A DNA stretch of 64,000 nucleotides from Syntrophales bacterium (GTDB lineage Bacteria > Desulfobacterota > Syntrophia > Syntrophales > UBA5619). The stretch lies in the NCBI GenBank assembly GCA_030654195.1, contig JAURXV010000008.1, positions 93-64,092 of the forward strand. Direction: 5' to 3'. Below the pieces are notes generated by a model. That model saw only the letters and a list, made by a program, of their open reading frames with translations, made no database searches and had not been told where the DNA came from. Within the stretch, counting starts at the first letter, position 1. Each line of letters starts with the position of its first letter. Below are positions 36,303 to 45,383 of the stretch, piece by piece. The position numbers were made by a program, and so were the translations under genes.

Positions 36303-36554
36303 ATGGGTGAGCAAAAGGTTAAGATCTATTCAAGACCTGCTTGAGCATGGTGCATACAAGCAAAAGAGTTTCTTTTGCAAAAAGGTGTAGAAATTGAAGA
36401 GCATGACCTCTTGAAAAATCCATTGAGCAACGAGGAGATCCTTACATTGTTGACAACCAAAGACGGGCAGATGAGAGCGCCAATTATCACCCGGGGAGAT
36501 GAAGTTATTGTCTTTGGTTATAACCGGGACAAGTTGGGAAAATTGTTCCCGTAA
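36303..36554 (+). CDS. glutaredoxin-like (YruB-type) thiol-disulfide oxidoreductase with in-frame TGA at the first CxxC position: candidate selenoprotein (UxxC)
   Basis: Not in the ORF track. AGGAG RBS 6 nt upstream of ATG 36303. Reads MGEQKVKIYSRPA-[TGA 36342-36344]-AWCIQAKEFLLQKGVEIEEHD...GDEVIVFGYNRDKLGKLFP*. The only in-frame stop is the TGA, at the position of the first redox Cys. Confidence 0.7.
36360..36378 (+). promoter_or_regulatory. candidate SECIS-like hairpin for the Grx-like gene
   Basis: GCAAAAG-AGTTT-CTTTTGC, a perfect 7-bp stem starting 16 nt 3' of TGA 36342-36344, with GU in the loop. Confidence 0.35.
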
Positions 36555-36720
36555 GGACGATGTCATTGGACAGATAATGTGTTACCCCAAAACTGAAATA
36601 TTTTTCGGATTTTGCTTGCACAAAGACAAGGATGATGATAGCGAGGAACCACGACTCCGAGAGTTTAAATTTGTTTGAGTAATTCAACTTAACTTGGGTA
36701 GCGAAAAGGAGGAAGTGTCT

Positions 36721-39700
36721 ATGAATGTGACAAGGAGAAAGTTTATTCAGATCACCGGCGCGGTTGCCGCCGGGATCGCCGTTAGCGGCATGGGATTTGA
36801 CCTGTCTCCGGTCAGGGCCTACGCACTGACGTTAAAAACCAAGGATGCCAAGGAGACGACCACAATCTGCTGTTATTGTGCCGTCGGATGCGGAGCCATT
36901 GTGCATACCAGCAAAGATAAGGGCCGCGTCATAAACATTGAAGGAGACCCGGATCACGTTATAAACCGCGGTGCCCTGTGCTCAAAGGGTTCCGCCCTTT
37001 CTCAGCTTGCTGAAAACAAGAACAGGCTTACCGAGCCGATGTACAGGGCGCCCAATTCCAAGGAATGGAAGAAGGTGTCCTGGGGATGGGCTCTTGCCGA
37101 AATCACAAAAAAAATCAAGGCAACAAGGGAAGCTACATTCACCCTGAAAAATGCAAAGGGAGAAACGGTAAACAGGACAACCGCCATAGCCTCTGTCGGA
37201 AGCGCCGCACTGGACAACGAGGAATGCTGGATTTACCAGGCGCTCCTGAGATCCCTCGGGATTGTCTATATTGAACACCAGGCGCGTGTCTGACACAGCG
37301 CGACTGTCGCGGCTCTGGCAGAGTCGTTCGGACGCGGTGCGATGACGAACCACTGGATCGATTTAAAGAACAGCGACTGCATACTTATCATGGGAAGCAA
37401 CCCGGCTGAAAACCATCCCATCTCCTTCAAGTATGTCACTATGGCGCAGCAAAGCGGCGGAAAAGTCATTAGCGTAGACCCGAGATTCACAAGAACATCT
37501 TCAAAAGCCGACATTTATGCGCCTCTCCGTTCAGGCACCGACATCGCCTTTTTAGGAGGCATGATCAAATACATCCTGGACAACAAACTGTATAATGAAG
37601 AATACGTTTTAAATTACACGAACGCATCCTTCCTGGTGCACAATGATTACGGATTCAAAGACGGACTCTTTACCGGTTATGATCCCCAGGCGAAAAAATA
37701 TGACAAGAAAACATGGGGCTTCCAGGTAGATGAAAAAGGAGTCCCGAAAAGAGATCTGACACTAAAAGATCCGCGCTGTGTTTTCAATATTTTAAAGGAC
37801 CATTACAACAGGTATGATCTTGCTCTCGTTTCCAAAATAACCGGCACTCCGGAAGCAAATCTTCTGGAAGTTTACAAAACATATGCTGCAACCGGGGAAA
37901 AAGGAAAAGCAGGCACAAGTATGTACGCTATGGGCTGGACCCAACATACAGTAGGCGTCCAGAATATCAGGGCAATGTCTATTATACAGTCTCTGCTCGC
38001 AAATATGGGTATTGCCGGAGGCGGCATTAATGCCCTTCGCGGCGAATCAAACGTGCAGGGCTCAACAGACCAGGCCCTTTTATGGCATATCTGGCCGGGA
38101 TACACCGGAATTCCGACATCATCCGTAGCTTCGCTTGATGCGTTCCTCGCAAAAATCAAACCAACAACAAACGATCCGCTTTCCCTAAACTGGAAGCAGA
38201 ACTACCCTAAATATGCCGTAAGCATGCTCAAATCGTTCTTCGGCGAAAATGCCACAAAGGAAAACGAGTTTGGATACCAGTTGCTGCCGAAACCGGATGA
38301 CGGGAAGTCCTATTCTTGGCTTGATCTCTTTGATGAAATGTACAAGGGCAGTATCAAAGGATTCTTTGCATGGGGCATGAACCCCGCCTGCAGCAGTTCC
38401 AATGCCGGAAAAGTAAGGAAAGCCATGGCAAATCTCGACTGGATGGTCAATGTCAACCTGTTTGACAATGAAACAGGCTCGTTCTGGAAAGGCCCGGGAA
38501 TGAACCCTTCCAAAATAAAGACAGCGGTCTTTATGCTTCCGGCGGCAGTTTCCGTTGAAAAAGAAGGGAGCATCACAAACAGCGGCCGCTGGATGCAGTG
38601 GCGTTACCAGGGGCCAAAACCGCTTGGAAACAGCAAACCCGACGGCGATATCATCATGGAACTCGGGAATATGCTGAGGGAAGCGTATAAAAAAGGCGGC
38701 GGCAAGTTCCCGGATGCAGTTCTTAAACTCAAATGGGACTACATGACAGACGGCAAGTTTGATGCTCACAAGGTTGCAAAGGAAATTAACGGATACTTCC
38801 TTGAAGATGCGACGGTCAACAACCAGCAGTTCAAGAAGGGAGACCTTGTACCCAGCTTTGTATTCCTGCAGGCCGACGGCAAAACCTCTTCCGGCAACTG
38901 GATTTATTCCGGCAGCTATACAAATAAAGGGAATATGGCTGCAAGGCGAAGCCAGAAGGATGCCCCGAATAATATCGGGCTCTTCCCCGAATTTGCCTGG
39001 GCTTGGCCGGTAAACAGAAGGATTATCTACAATCGCGCCTCGGTTGATTTAAAAGGCCGGCCCAATGACGAAAAGAGATGGGTAGTTAAATACACTTTCG
39101 AACAAAAGGAAGGTAAATATGTTCCGGGTAAATGGGAAGGAGATGTTCCCGACGGACCCGCACCTCCGCTCCAGAACCCGGACGGAACGGCCAGAACAGA
39201 CGGCAAATACCCGTTTATCATGCAGAAAGACGGGTTTGCCGCTATTTTCGGCCCAGGCCTTACCGACGGTCCGCTGCCCGAGCATTATGAACCGCTCGAG
39301 TGCCCTGTCGAAAAGAACTTCATGAGCGCCCAGCGCGTTAACCCTACTGCGCCTGTTTACGGCACCGATGCAGACGCGTTTGCATCATGCGATCCGAGAT
39401 TCCCTTATGTCGGCACAACTTACCGGGTTTCGGAGCACTGGCAGACCGGTCTCATGACGCGCCCGCAGGCATGGCTTCTCGAGCTTCAACCGCAGGTATT
39501 TGTTGAAATGAGTGAAGAACTTGCCAAGCTCAGAGGCATAAAGAACGGTGAGCGTGTCAAAGTCTCTTCCGTGCGCGGCGCATTGGAATGCACTGCAGTC
39601 GTCACCAAGCGCTTCAAGCCCATGGAGATCGGAGACACCATAGTTCATCAGGTCGGAATGCCTTATAACTACGGATGGCGCTGGCCCGTAAGCGGCAAGG

Positions 39701-39804
39701 AGGAAAGCGCAAACCTGCTTACACCGTCAACAGGCGATCCCAATACCAGAATTCCTGAAACCAAGGCATTTATGGTCAATATATCAAAGATAAAAAGGGG
39801 GTGA
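36721..39804 (+). CDS. fdhA: periplasmic formate dehydrogenase catalytic subunit, Tat-exported, selenocysteine-containing
   Basis: Joins ORFs 36694..37293 and 37342..39804 through TGA 37291-37293. Context YIEHQARV-U-HSATVAALAESFGRGAMTNHW is the classic FdnG/FdhA Sec site. AGGAGG RBS before ATG 36721. Twin-arginine signal TRRKFIQITGAVAAG...VRA. Confidence 0.92.
37291..37293 (+). other. UGA selenocysteine codon of fdhA
   Basis: In-frame TGA between EHQARV and HSATV. The reading frame is continuous on both sides. Confidence 0.9.
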
Positions 39805-39809
39805 TATAG

Positions 39810-40529
39810 ATGGATAAGTCGATTTTTATTGATACTACGGTTTGTACGGCATGCCGGGGTTGTCAGGTAGCCTGTAAACAATGGAAAAACCTTCCTGCTG
39901 AAAAGACCGTCAACCGGGGCACTAATGAAAATCCCGCTGATCTCTCTTTCAACACGTATAAAGTTGTCAGAATGCGGGAAGAGATAGTTGACGGGAAACT
40001 AAAATGGCTCTTTTTCCCGGAACAATGCCGGCATTGTGTTGAACCCCCTTGCGTTGGCATGGCGGACAATCCTGCTGCCATATTTAAAGATGAGGCAACC
40101 GGAGCCGTCATATATACTGCAAAAACAAAGGGCCTCAATGCAAAAGAAATAATCGAGTCCTGTCCTTATAATATTCCCCGCAAAGGGAAGGATGGAACGC
40201 TGGCAAAATGCGACATGTGCTTGGACAGGGTTCAGAACGGATTGCCTCCGGCATGCGTAAAAACATGCCCGACCGGCGCCATGAACTTTGGAGAACGCAA
40301 AGAAATGCTTGCACTTGCAAACAAACGCCTCGGTGAAGTCAAGAATGTAAGCCCAAGCGCTACACTTCTTAATGCCGATGACATCAGGGTAATTTATCTC
40401 GTTGCATATAAACCGGAGCTTTACTCCAAATATGCTGTCGCCTCGAATTCAGCGTTCGGCATAACGAGACAAATGGCTCTTGCAAGGATGTTCCGGCCAA
40501 TCAGGAACATTCCTTTGCGCCTTGTATAA
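39810..40529 (+). CDS. fdhB: formate dehydrogenase iron-sulfur (beta) subunit
   Basis: 239 aa. 4Fe-4S motifs CTACRGCQVACK, CRHCVEPPC, CPYNIP and CDMC...CVKTCPTGA. No C-terminal TM anchor visible. Confidence 0.88.
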   Translation: MDKSIFIDTTVCTACRGCQVACKQWKNLPAEKTVNRGTNENPADLSFNTYKVVRMREEIVDGKLKWLFFPEQCRHCVEPPCVGMADNPAAIFKDEATGAVIYTAKTKGLNAKEIIESCPYNIPRKGKDGTLAKCDMCLDRVQNGLPPACVKTCPTGAMNFGERKEMLALANKRLGEVKNVSPSATLLNADDIRVIYLVAYKPELYSKYAVASNSAFGITRQMALARMFRPIRNIPLRLV

Positions 40530-40545
40530 GCAAAGCAATTAAACA

Positions 40546-40585
40546 AAAGGGGGAGAAGTATCATATCTTCTCCCCCTTTATGTTT
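40546..40585 (+). terminator. rho-independent terminator after fdhB
   Basis: AAAGGGGGAGAAG-loop-CTTCTCCCCCTTT followed by ATGTTT, 17 nt after the fdhB stop. Confidence 0.7.
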
Positions 40586-40599
40586 CAAAGAAAGATGAG

Positions 40600-41484
40600 A
40601 TGACGGAAATGCCAACTGAAGTTCCCGATGAGATCAAAAAAACCGCTAATGCCTTAAAAAAACTTAGGCCCGCATATTCAACAATCATCGGGTTTTATGA
40701 AAAGATATTTGAAGCCCAGGAAAAATCAGCCGCCGAAACAAAAGTCAATCCTCCACAGATTTCGAACGATATTCTTTCTATCAAGGCAAAAGAAAAATTC
40801 CCGCTGATAAGCCTGTCCGAATTCTTTGTTGACATCAATGCATCCCGGAAGCTTTTAAAAAAAATCTGCAAAATAATCAATAAATCCGGAAACTACATGT
40901 CCTCTGCGGCAGAAACTATATTTTCCGCAACCGAGAACAACAAACTGGATTTTAATGAACTTTATACTGCCCTGCTGAATGATGATGACGCGTCTTTCAG
41001 CAATATCGCATCAAAACTTAAAACCCGCAAAGATGTTCTTGCTTTCATCACATACAACAGCATAAAGCCGTCTGTATCGCTATATGCCCAATCTGTTTCA
41101 AAATACCTTGACAAAGACAATCCGTGGGAAAAGGGATACTGCCCGGTCTGCGGAAACCTGCCTATCATTTCAACATTTGAATCCGACGGGGAACGCTTTC
41201 TTGTCTGTAGTTTCTGCTGGCATAAGTGGACTGTTACAAGGCTCTTCTGCCCTTTTTGCGAAAACAAAGAGAGCGACACCCTCCATTATCTCTTTTCAGA
41301 AGAAGAGAAAGAATACCGGGTGGATGTCTGCGATAAGTGCAGTAAGTACATAAAGAATGTGGATACCAGAATCATCGACCGTTTTGTTTACCCGCCGCTT
41401 GAGCAGATTGCCACATTGCATCTTGACATTATGGCAAAAGAGAAAGGGTTTGAAAGCGGGGCGCCTCTGGAATTTCAGGTGTAG
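40600..41484 (+). CDS. fdhE: formate dehydrogenase accessory protein FdhE
   Basis: 294 aa. Four CxxC pairs in the FdhE arrangement: CPVCGN, CSFCWHKW, CPFCEN and CDKCSKYIK. Confidence 0.85.
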   Translation: MTEMPTEVPDEIKKTANALKKLRPAYSTIIGFYEKIFEAQEKSAAETKVNPPQISNDILSIKAKEKFPLISLSEFFVDINASRKLLKKICKIINKSGNYMSSAAETIFSATENNKLDFNELYTALLNDDDASFSNIASKLKTRKDVLAFITYNSIKPSVSLYAQSVSKYLDKDNPWEKGYCPVCGNLPIISTFESDGERFLVCSFCWHKWTVTRLFCPFCENKESDTLHYLFSEEEKEYRVDVCDKCSKYIKNVDTRIIDRFVYPPLEQIATLHLDIMAKEKGFESGAPLEFQV

Positions 41485-41486
41485 TA

Positions 41487-42089
41487 TTATTTCTTTTTTA
41501 TTTTTTTCATCTCCATCACCAAAGCCCCGAGTTCAGGCCTTTTATTTATATCAGCCACATAGGCATATCTTATTATTCCTTCCTTATCTATTACAAACAG
41601 TGCTCTTTCGGTTACGCCACTTGTCCGGAGAACGCCATAAATATCTGCGACCGCTCCGTGGGGCCAGAAATCGGAAAGAACGGGAAACCACAATTTTCCC
41701 ATCTGGTTTGTCCATGCATAGAGGGTCGGAATATTGTCAACGGTGATTCCAAACAGGATTACGTCATTTTCATCAAAAAAGCTCCTGGCAAGATTGTATC
41801 CCGGCCACTGGTCCGAACAGACAGGAGTCCATGCAGCAGGGACAAAAGAAAGAACCACATTCTTTTTCCCCTTATACTGGCTGAGGGAAATTCTCTCTCC
41901 AGATATGGCTGGAAGCGTAAAGTCCGGAGCAGGATCACCCACTTTTACCTTAAGAATGCTGTCAAAGGGTTTTAATTCCCCCGGGTTATAAATGTTGTTC
42001 TTATATGCATCGGACAGTCCGAAAGCCGGGCCGCTAATTACGGCAAACGCTATAACCACAGTAATACCTTGTATAATATGCTTAAACAT
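41487..42089 (-). CDS. exported peroxiredoxin (AhpC/TSA / redoxin family)
   Basis: 200 aa with a signal peptide (VIAFAVISGPAFG). KKNVVLSFVPAAWTPVCSDQWP holds the peroxidatic Cys motif. Confidence 0.85.
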   Translation of the reverse strand: MFKHIIQGITVVIAFAVISGPAFGLSDAYKNNIYNPGELKPFDSILKVKVGDPAPDFTLPAISGERISLSQYKGKKNVVLSFVPAAWTPVCSDQWPGYNLARSFFDENDVILFGITVDNIPTLYAWTNQMGKLWFPVLSDFWPHGAVADIYGVLRTSGVTERALFVIDKEGIIRYAYVADINKRPELGALVMEMKKIKKK

Positions 42090-42103
42090 GGCCTATAACC
42101 CCC

Positions 42104-42676
42104 TTAATTATTTAAACCGGCATGATCTTTAATCATCTTTAAGAATTCATCAGGATTGCTCACACCGCCTAACTTGGAATAAACAACTTTGTGAGTGCCA
42201 TTTGGACTTACCTTTATGGCGATAAAATACGGAGTCCTTACTTCCCCAAGAATCTTGTGAATCGAAAATTCGGCATCAGAAAATGCAGGGAATTTTATAT
42301 TATAGGTCTTTCGGAAAAACTCCACTTCAAAATCTGAGTTTCCCACGCCGATTCCAATCAATTTTATCACATCTTTAAGAGTGCCGTCACCGACAATCTT
42401 GCTAAAAAGATCATTAACAACAGGGGCATCTTTCTGGCAATGAGGACAATACATGCTGAATATTTCTATGAGTACCACCTTTGCTTTTATCTGCGGGACA
42501 AGAAATGTACCCTCTCCTTTTAAACCGAGGTATTTTTTATGGCCCTGATCTTCAGGAATAGGAAGGATGATTTTCGGAAGTATTCCGCCTTCAACAGGCG
42601 GCGCGCCATATCCAAAGGAAGGAAACGCCAAAATAACAAAGCTGAGAGCAACGGTAAGATTTATTAATTTTTTCAT
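42104..42676 (-). CDS. exported TlpA/ResA-like thioredoxin-fold thiol-disulfide oxidoreductase
   Basis: 190 aa with a signal peptide (LSFVILAFPSFGYG). IEIFSMYCPHCQKDAP contains the CxxC motif. Confidence 0.8.
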   Translation of the reverse strand: MKKLINLTVALSFVILAFPSFGYGAPPVEGGILPKIILPIPEDQGHKKYLGLKGEGTFLVPQIKAKVVLIEIFSMYCPHCQKDAPVVNDLFSKIVGDGTLKDVIKLIGIGVGNSDFEVEFFRKTYNIKFPAFSDAEFSIHKILGEVRTPYFIAIKVSPNGTHKVVYSKLGGVSNPDEFLKMIKDHAGLNN

Positions 42677-42739
42677 GATTCAAACCTCCCATCCAAGCAA
42701 TCCTAATCCCTTCAGGCCATTCTATTGAGGGATGAAGAA

Positions 42740-42944
42740 TAGGGGTGGTCAGCCCGGGGGAAAGGATGATCTTTCCTTCTCCATCAACAATGAGGCAATC
42801 GACCCCCTCGATTTTCCGGCAGATGGCGAATCCCTTTTCCGGCCCTAAGACAAAAACAGCGGTGGCAAGAGCATCTGCCGTCATTCCATCTTTCGTGTAG
42901 GCAGCCCCTTTTACAGGGAGACTACCTGCCTCTTCCTTGACCCC
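42740..42944 (-). pseudogene. ApbE (FAD:protein FMN transferase) C-terminal fragment
   Basis: Reads ...GSLPVKGAAYTKDGMTADALATAVFVLGPEKGFAICRKIEGVDCLIVDGEGKIILSPGL. Only the last ~65 residues of an ApbE-like protein are present, and the N-terminal ~250 aa are absent. ORF 42591..42884 is a read-through of it. Confidence 0.55.
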
Positions 42945-43105
42945 TTAGATGTTCTGTTCTTCATTCTTGTGTTCTTTTACTGAGATGCCCAGCTTTTTTA
43001 GAAGGGCGTGGAAGTTCGGCGCATACCCTTTCTGATTACGGCTTCATCATCAACGATAATGAGCTTGTGCCTGTTCTGACGTTTTTCAAGCCCGCCTGTT
43101 TCCAT
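42945..43105 (-). pseudogene. response-regulator receiver-domain N-terminal fragment (frameshifted, truncated)
   Basis: METGGLEKRQNRHKLIIVDDEAVIRKG, then a frameshift to YAPNFHALLKKLGISVKEHKNEEQNI*. The IVDDE acidic pocket is present but only ~50 codons remain. Confidence 0.35.
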
Positions 43106-43228
43106 AATTTGATCCTATGAAAAATTTTACTTTTTCCGCTTGAAGCCATGTTAAGCCCATCTCATGAAAAACCTCCCCGGTTTTAAGCTGCGAGGAGGCC
43201 TGGGTTGTCATATACCAAAGCGGCCGGT

Positions 43229-43939
43229 CTATTGTTGCTTCTTCTCCACCGGCCCCCTTTTCGCCTCCGTCTCGGCGATGCGTCTCTTCGTTTCACCGAT
43301 GAAGCGGCTCACCTTGTCATCGAGACCGACGTTCGCATACTCGCGCGCGATCTTTTCAAACCGCCTCAGGGCCGCCCGGTATTGCTTGATTTTGAAATAG
43401 AATTCCCCCACATAGAATTCCTGCTCACCCATGGCCTTTTTGCAATCTTGAACCATTTTCTCGGCCATGACGGAGAATTTGCTGCCTGGGAAACGGGCGA
43501 TCAGCCGTTCGAACTCCTTGAGCGCCTTGAACGCCTCCGACTGATCGCGGTCGATCGTCGTGATCTGGTTGTAGTAGCACATCCCGATCTGATACATTAC
43601 GTATGGGAGATTCTCGTTCGTCGGATGAAGATTCAAAAATTCGCCGTAGGCAAGCCCGGCCTCGGGATACTCCTTGCCGCTGAAAAAAGAATCGGCGATC
43701 CCAATCTCCGCCATGATGGCAAACGGACTCAGCGGATACTCCTCCTTGACCCGCTGGAAAAGCTCCACGGACCTCTTGTAGCTCCCGGCCTTATACTCTT
43801 CCAGGCCCTGCTGGTAGAGGCCGTCCGGGGTCGCTCGGGCCATCTCCGCCTTCTTCCCCCAGGGCAGCCACATCTTGCAACCGCCAAGCAGGAAAACGAC
43901 CGTCAGGAGAAGCAGCAGAATTCTTTTGTTGCGCACCAT
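43229..43939 (-). CDS. bamD: outer membrane protein assembly factor BamD (TPR lipoprotein)
   Basis: Frame of ORF 43229..43981, start at ATG 43939 (MVRNKRILLLLLTVVFLLGGC lipobox). TPR-like YQQGLEEYKAGSYKRSVELFQRVKEEYP... and MYQIGMCYYNQ. Confidence 0.8.
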   Translation of the reverse strand: MVRNKRILLLLLTVVFLLGGCKMWLPWGKKAEMARATPDGLYQQGLEEYKAGSYKRSVELFQRVKEEYPLSPFAIMAEIGIADSFFSGKEYPEAGLAYGEFLNLHPTNENLPYVMYQIGMCYYNQITTIDRDQSEAFKALKEFERLIARFPGSKFSVMAEKMVQDCKKAMGEQEFYVGEFYFKIKQYRAALRRFEKIAREYANVGLDDKVSRFIGETKRRIAETEAKRGPVEKKQQ

Positions 43940-43955
43940 GTTCACCTTCCGTCGT

Positions 43956-44285
43956 TTACAGCGCCTTGCGGATGAACGCATCCAGGCGATCCTTCGGGAC
44001 CAGGCCGATCAGGGTGTCGAGGATCTTCCCTTCCTTGAAAAGGATCAGGGTCGGGATGCTCATCACACCGTAGGTCTGGGCTGTTTTCGGATTGCTGTCG
44101 ATGTTGACCTTCGCCACCTTGAGCTGATCGCGGTACTGTTCCGCCAACGCCTCCACCGTGGGGCCGATGGCCTTGCAGGGGCCGCACCAGGGCGCCCAGA
44201 AGTCGACCAGGGCGGGCTTGTCCGCCTTGAGGATCTCCTCTTCAAAGTTGCCGTCGCCGACGTGGACCAACGCCTCTTCCCCCAT
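43956..44285 (-). CDS. trxA: thioredoxin
   Basis: 109 aa. VDFWAPWCGPCKAIGP active site and canonical length. Confidence 0.95.
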   Translation of the reverse strand: MGEEALVHVGDGNFEEEILKADKPALVDFWAPWCGPCKAIGPTVEALAEQYRDQLKVAKVNIDSNPKTAQTYGVMSIPTLILFKEGKILDTLIGLVPKDRLDAFIRKAL

Positions 44286-44318
44286 ATGCCTTCCTCCTTC
44301 CGGTGCTTATTTTCGGGC

Positions 44319-44348
44319 ACTATGACACAGACCCGCAAACAATGTCAA
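44319..44348 (-). promoter_or_regulatory. possible sigma70-type promoter for trxA
   Basis: Minus strand reads TTGACA (44348-44343), 17 nt, TCATAGT (44325-44319). By-eye match only. Confidence 0.25.
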
Positions 44349-44476
44349 TTCAAAACGGCAACCGGACTGCCCGTCCGTTCACGGGGATGCTCCGTTTCAT
44401 ATTTCCTGGAAGAGCATTATAATATAGGTGTCCATCTTTGTCCCTGTAATGGTACCGGTTATAAAATGCAGCCAGG

Positions 44477-45277
44477 TCAGCCCCGCGATCCAAGTCTCAA
44501 CCCCCCGTGGATAAAGAATACTTCGCCCGCGATCGCCTCATTCCGGAAAAGCTCGCATACCAGCGAGGCAATTTCTTCCGGTTCTATCAGGCGGCCGATG
44601 GGGACATCGTCGAGAATTTTGTTCAGGGCCTTGCGGTCCATCCCCTTGACCATGGAGGTGGCCACGTAGCCGGGTGCAACCGCAACACAGCGGATGCGGC
44701 CCGTCAGGTTTCTCCGGAAAAACTCGGCGGTAATAACCTTCGGAATCACGGACATAGCCGCCTTGGAGGAAGAATAGTTGATTTGACCTGCCGTACCCAA
44801 TGATCCGGTCGACGACATGAGACAGAGCAGTCCTTTTGAGCCGGAATTGATCATCTGTTCCGCACACTCCCGGATCGTTAAAAAGACACCGGTCAGGTTG
44901 ATATCCAGAACGGACTGAAATTGCCCCAGCGACATTTTCTTATTCACTTTTCCGGTCTCTCTGTCCGTTGAAAGCAGCAGTCCGTCCTTGATGATGCCTG
45001 CACAGGGAAGCACGAGATTGATGGTTCCGAATGTCTCTATGGCAAGGGCGGCCAGCCGACGGTTATCCTCCTCCTTCGTCACATCGCAAAAGATAGACCT
45101 GACCTCCCCGCCCAGCTTGATGATTTCCTTTTCCACCCGCGAAAGATTCTCCGGGATGACGTCGGCAATGACGACCTTGCCGCCCCTCTGCACCCAGTAT
45201 TTCGCAAAGACCTCCCCGATGCCGCTTCCGGCGCCCGTGATCACCGCAACCGCATCCTTGATTTCCAGCATCGACAA
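44477..45277 (-). CDS. SDR-family oxidoreductase
   Basis: 266 aa. ITGAGSGIG cofactor motif and YSSSKAA catalytic YxxxK. Confidence 0.85.
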   Translation of the reverse strand: MSMLEIKDAVAVITGAGSGIGEVFAKYWVQRGGKVVIADVIPENLSRVEKEIIKLGGEVRSIFCDVTKEEDNRRLAALAIETFGTINLVLPCAGIIKDGLLLSTDRETGKVNKKMSLGQFQSVLDINLTGVFLTIRECAEQMINSGSKGLLCLMSSTGSLGTAGQINYSSSKAAMSVIPKVITAEFFRRNLTGRIRCVAVAPGYVATSMVKGMDRKALNKILDDVPIGRLIEPEEIASLVCELFRNEAIAGEVFFIHGGLRLGSRG

Positions 45278-45383
45278 TCCCCCTCAATCGTTCTGCAATA
45301 TCATTCTCGTTAAAGTGCATGGCCAGGGCGCGCATAATGGCTTCGGCGGCCGGCATGATTATTTTGCTCCAGAGAGATTATAT

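Noticed and set aside
36330-36566. 78-aa minus-strand ORF
   Set aside because: It is antisense to the glutaredoxin-like reading frame. It has no RBS or motif, whereas the plus-strand frame has an RBS and a coherent thioredoxin-fold sequence once TGA is read through.
36694-37293. A stand-alone 199-aa protein and a separate 820-aa protein (37342..39804)
   Set aside because: They are two halves of one fdhA gene, joined through the Sec TGA at 37291-37293. The sequence context across the TGA is the canonical FdhA active site.
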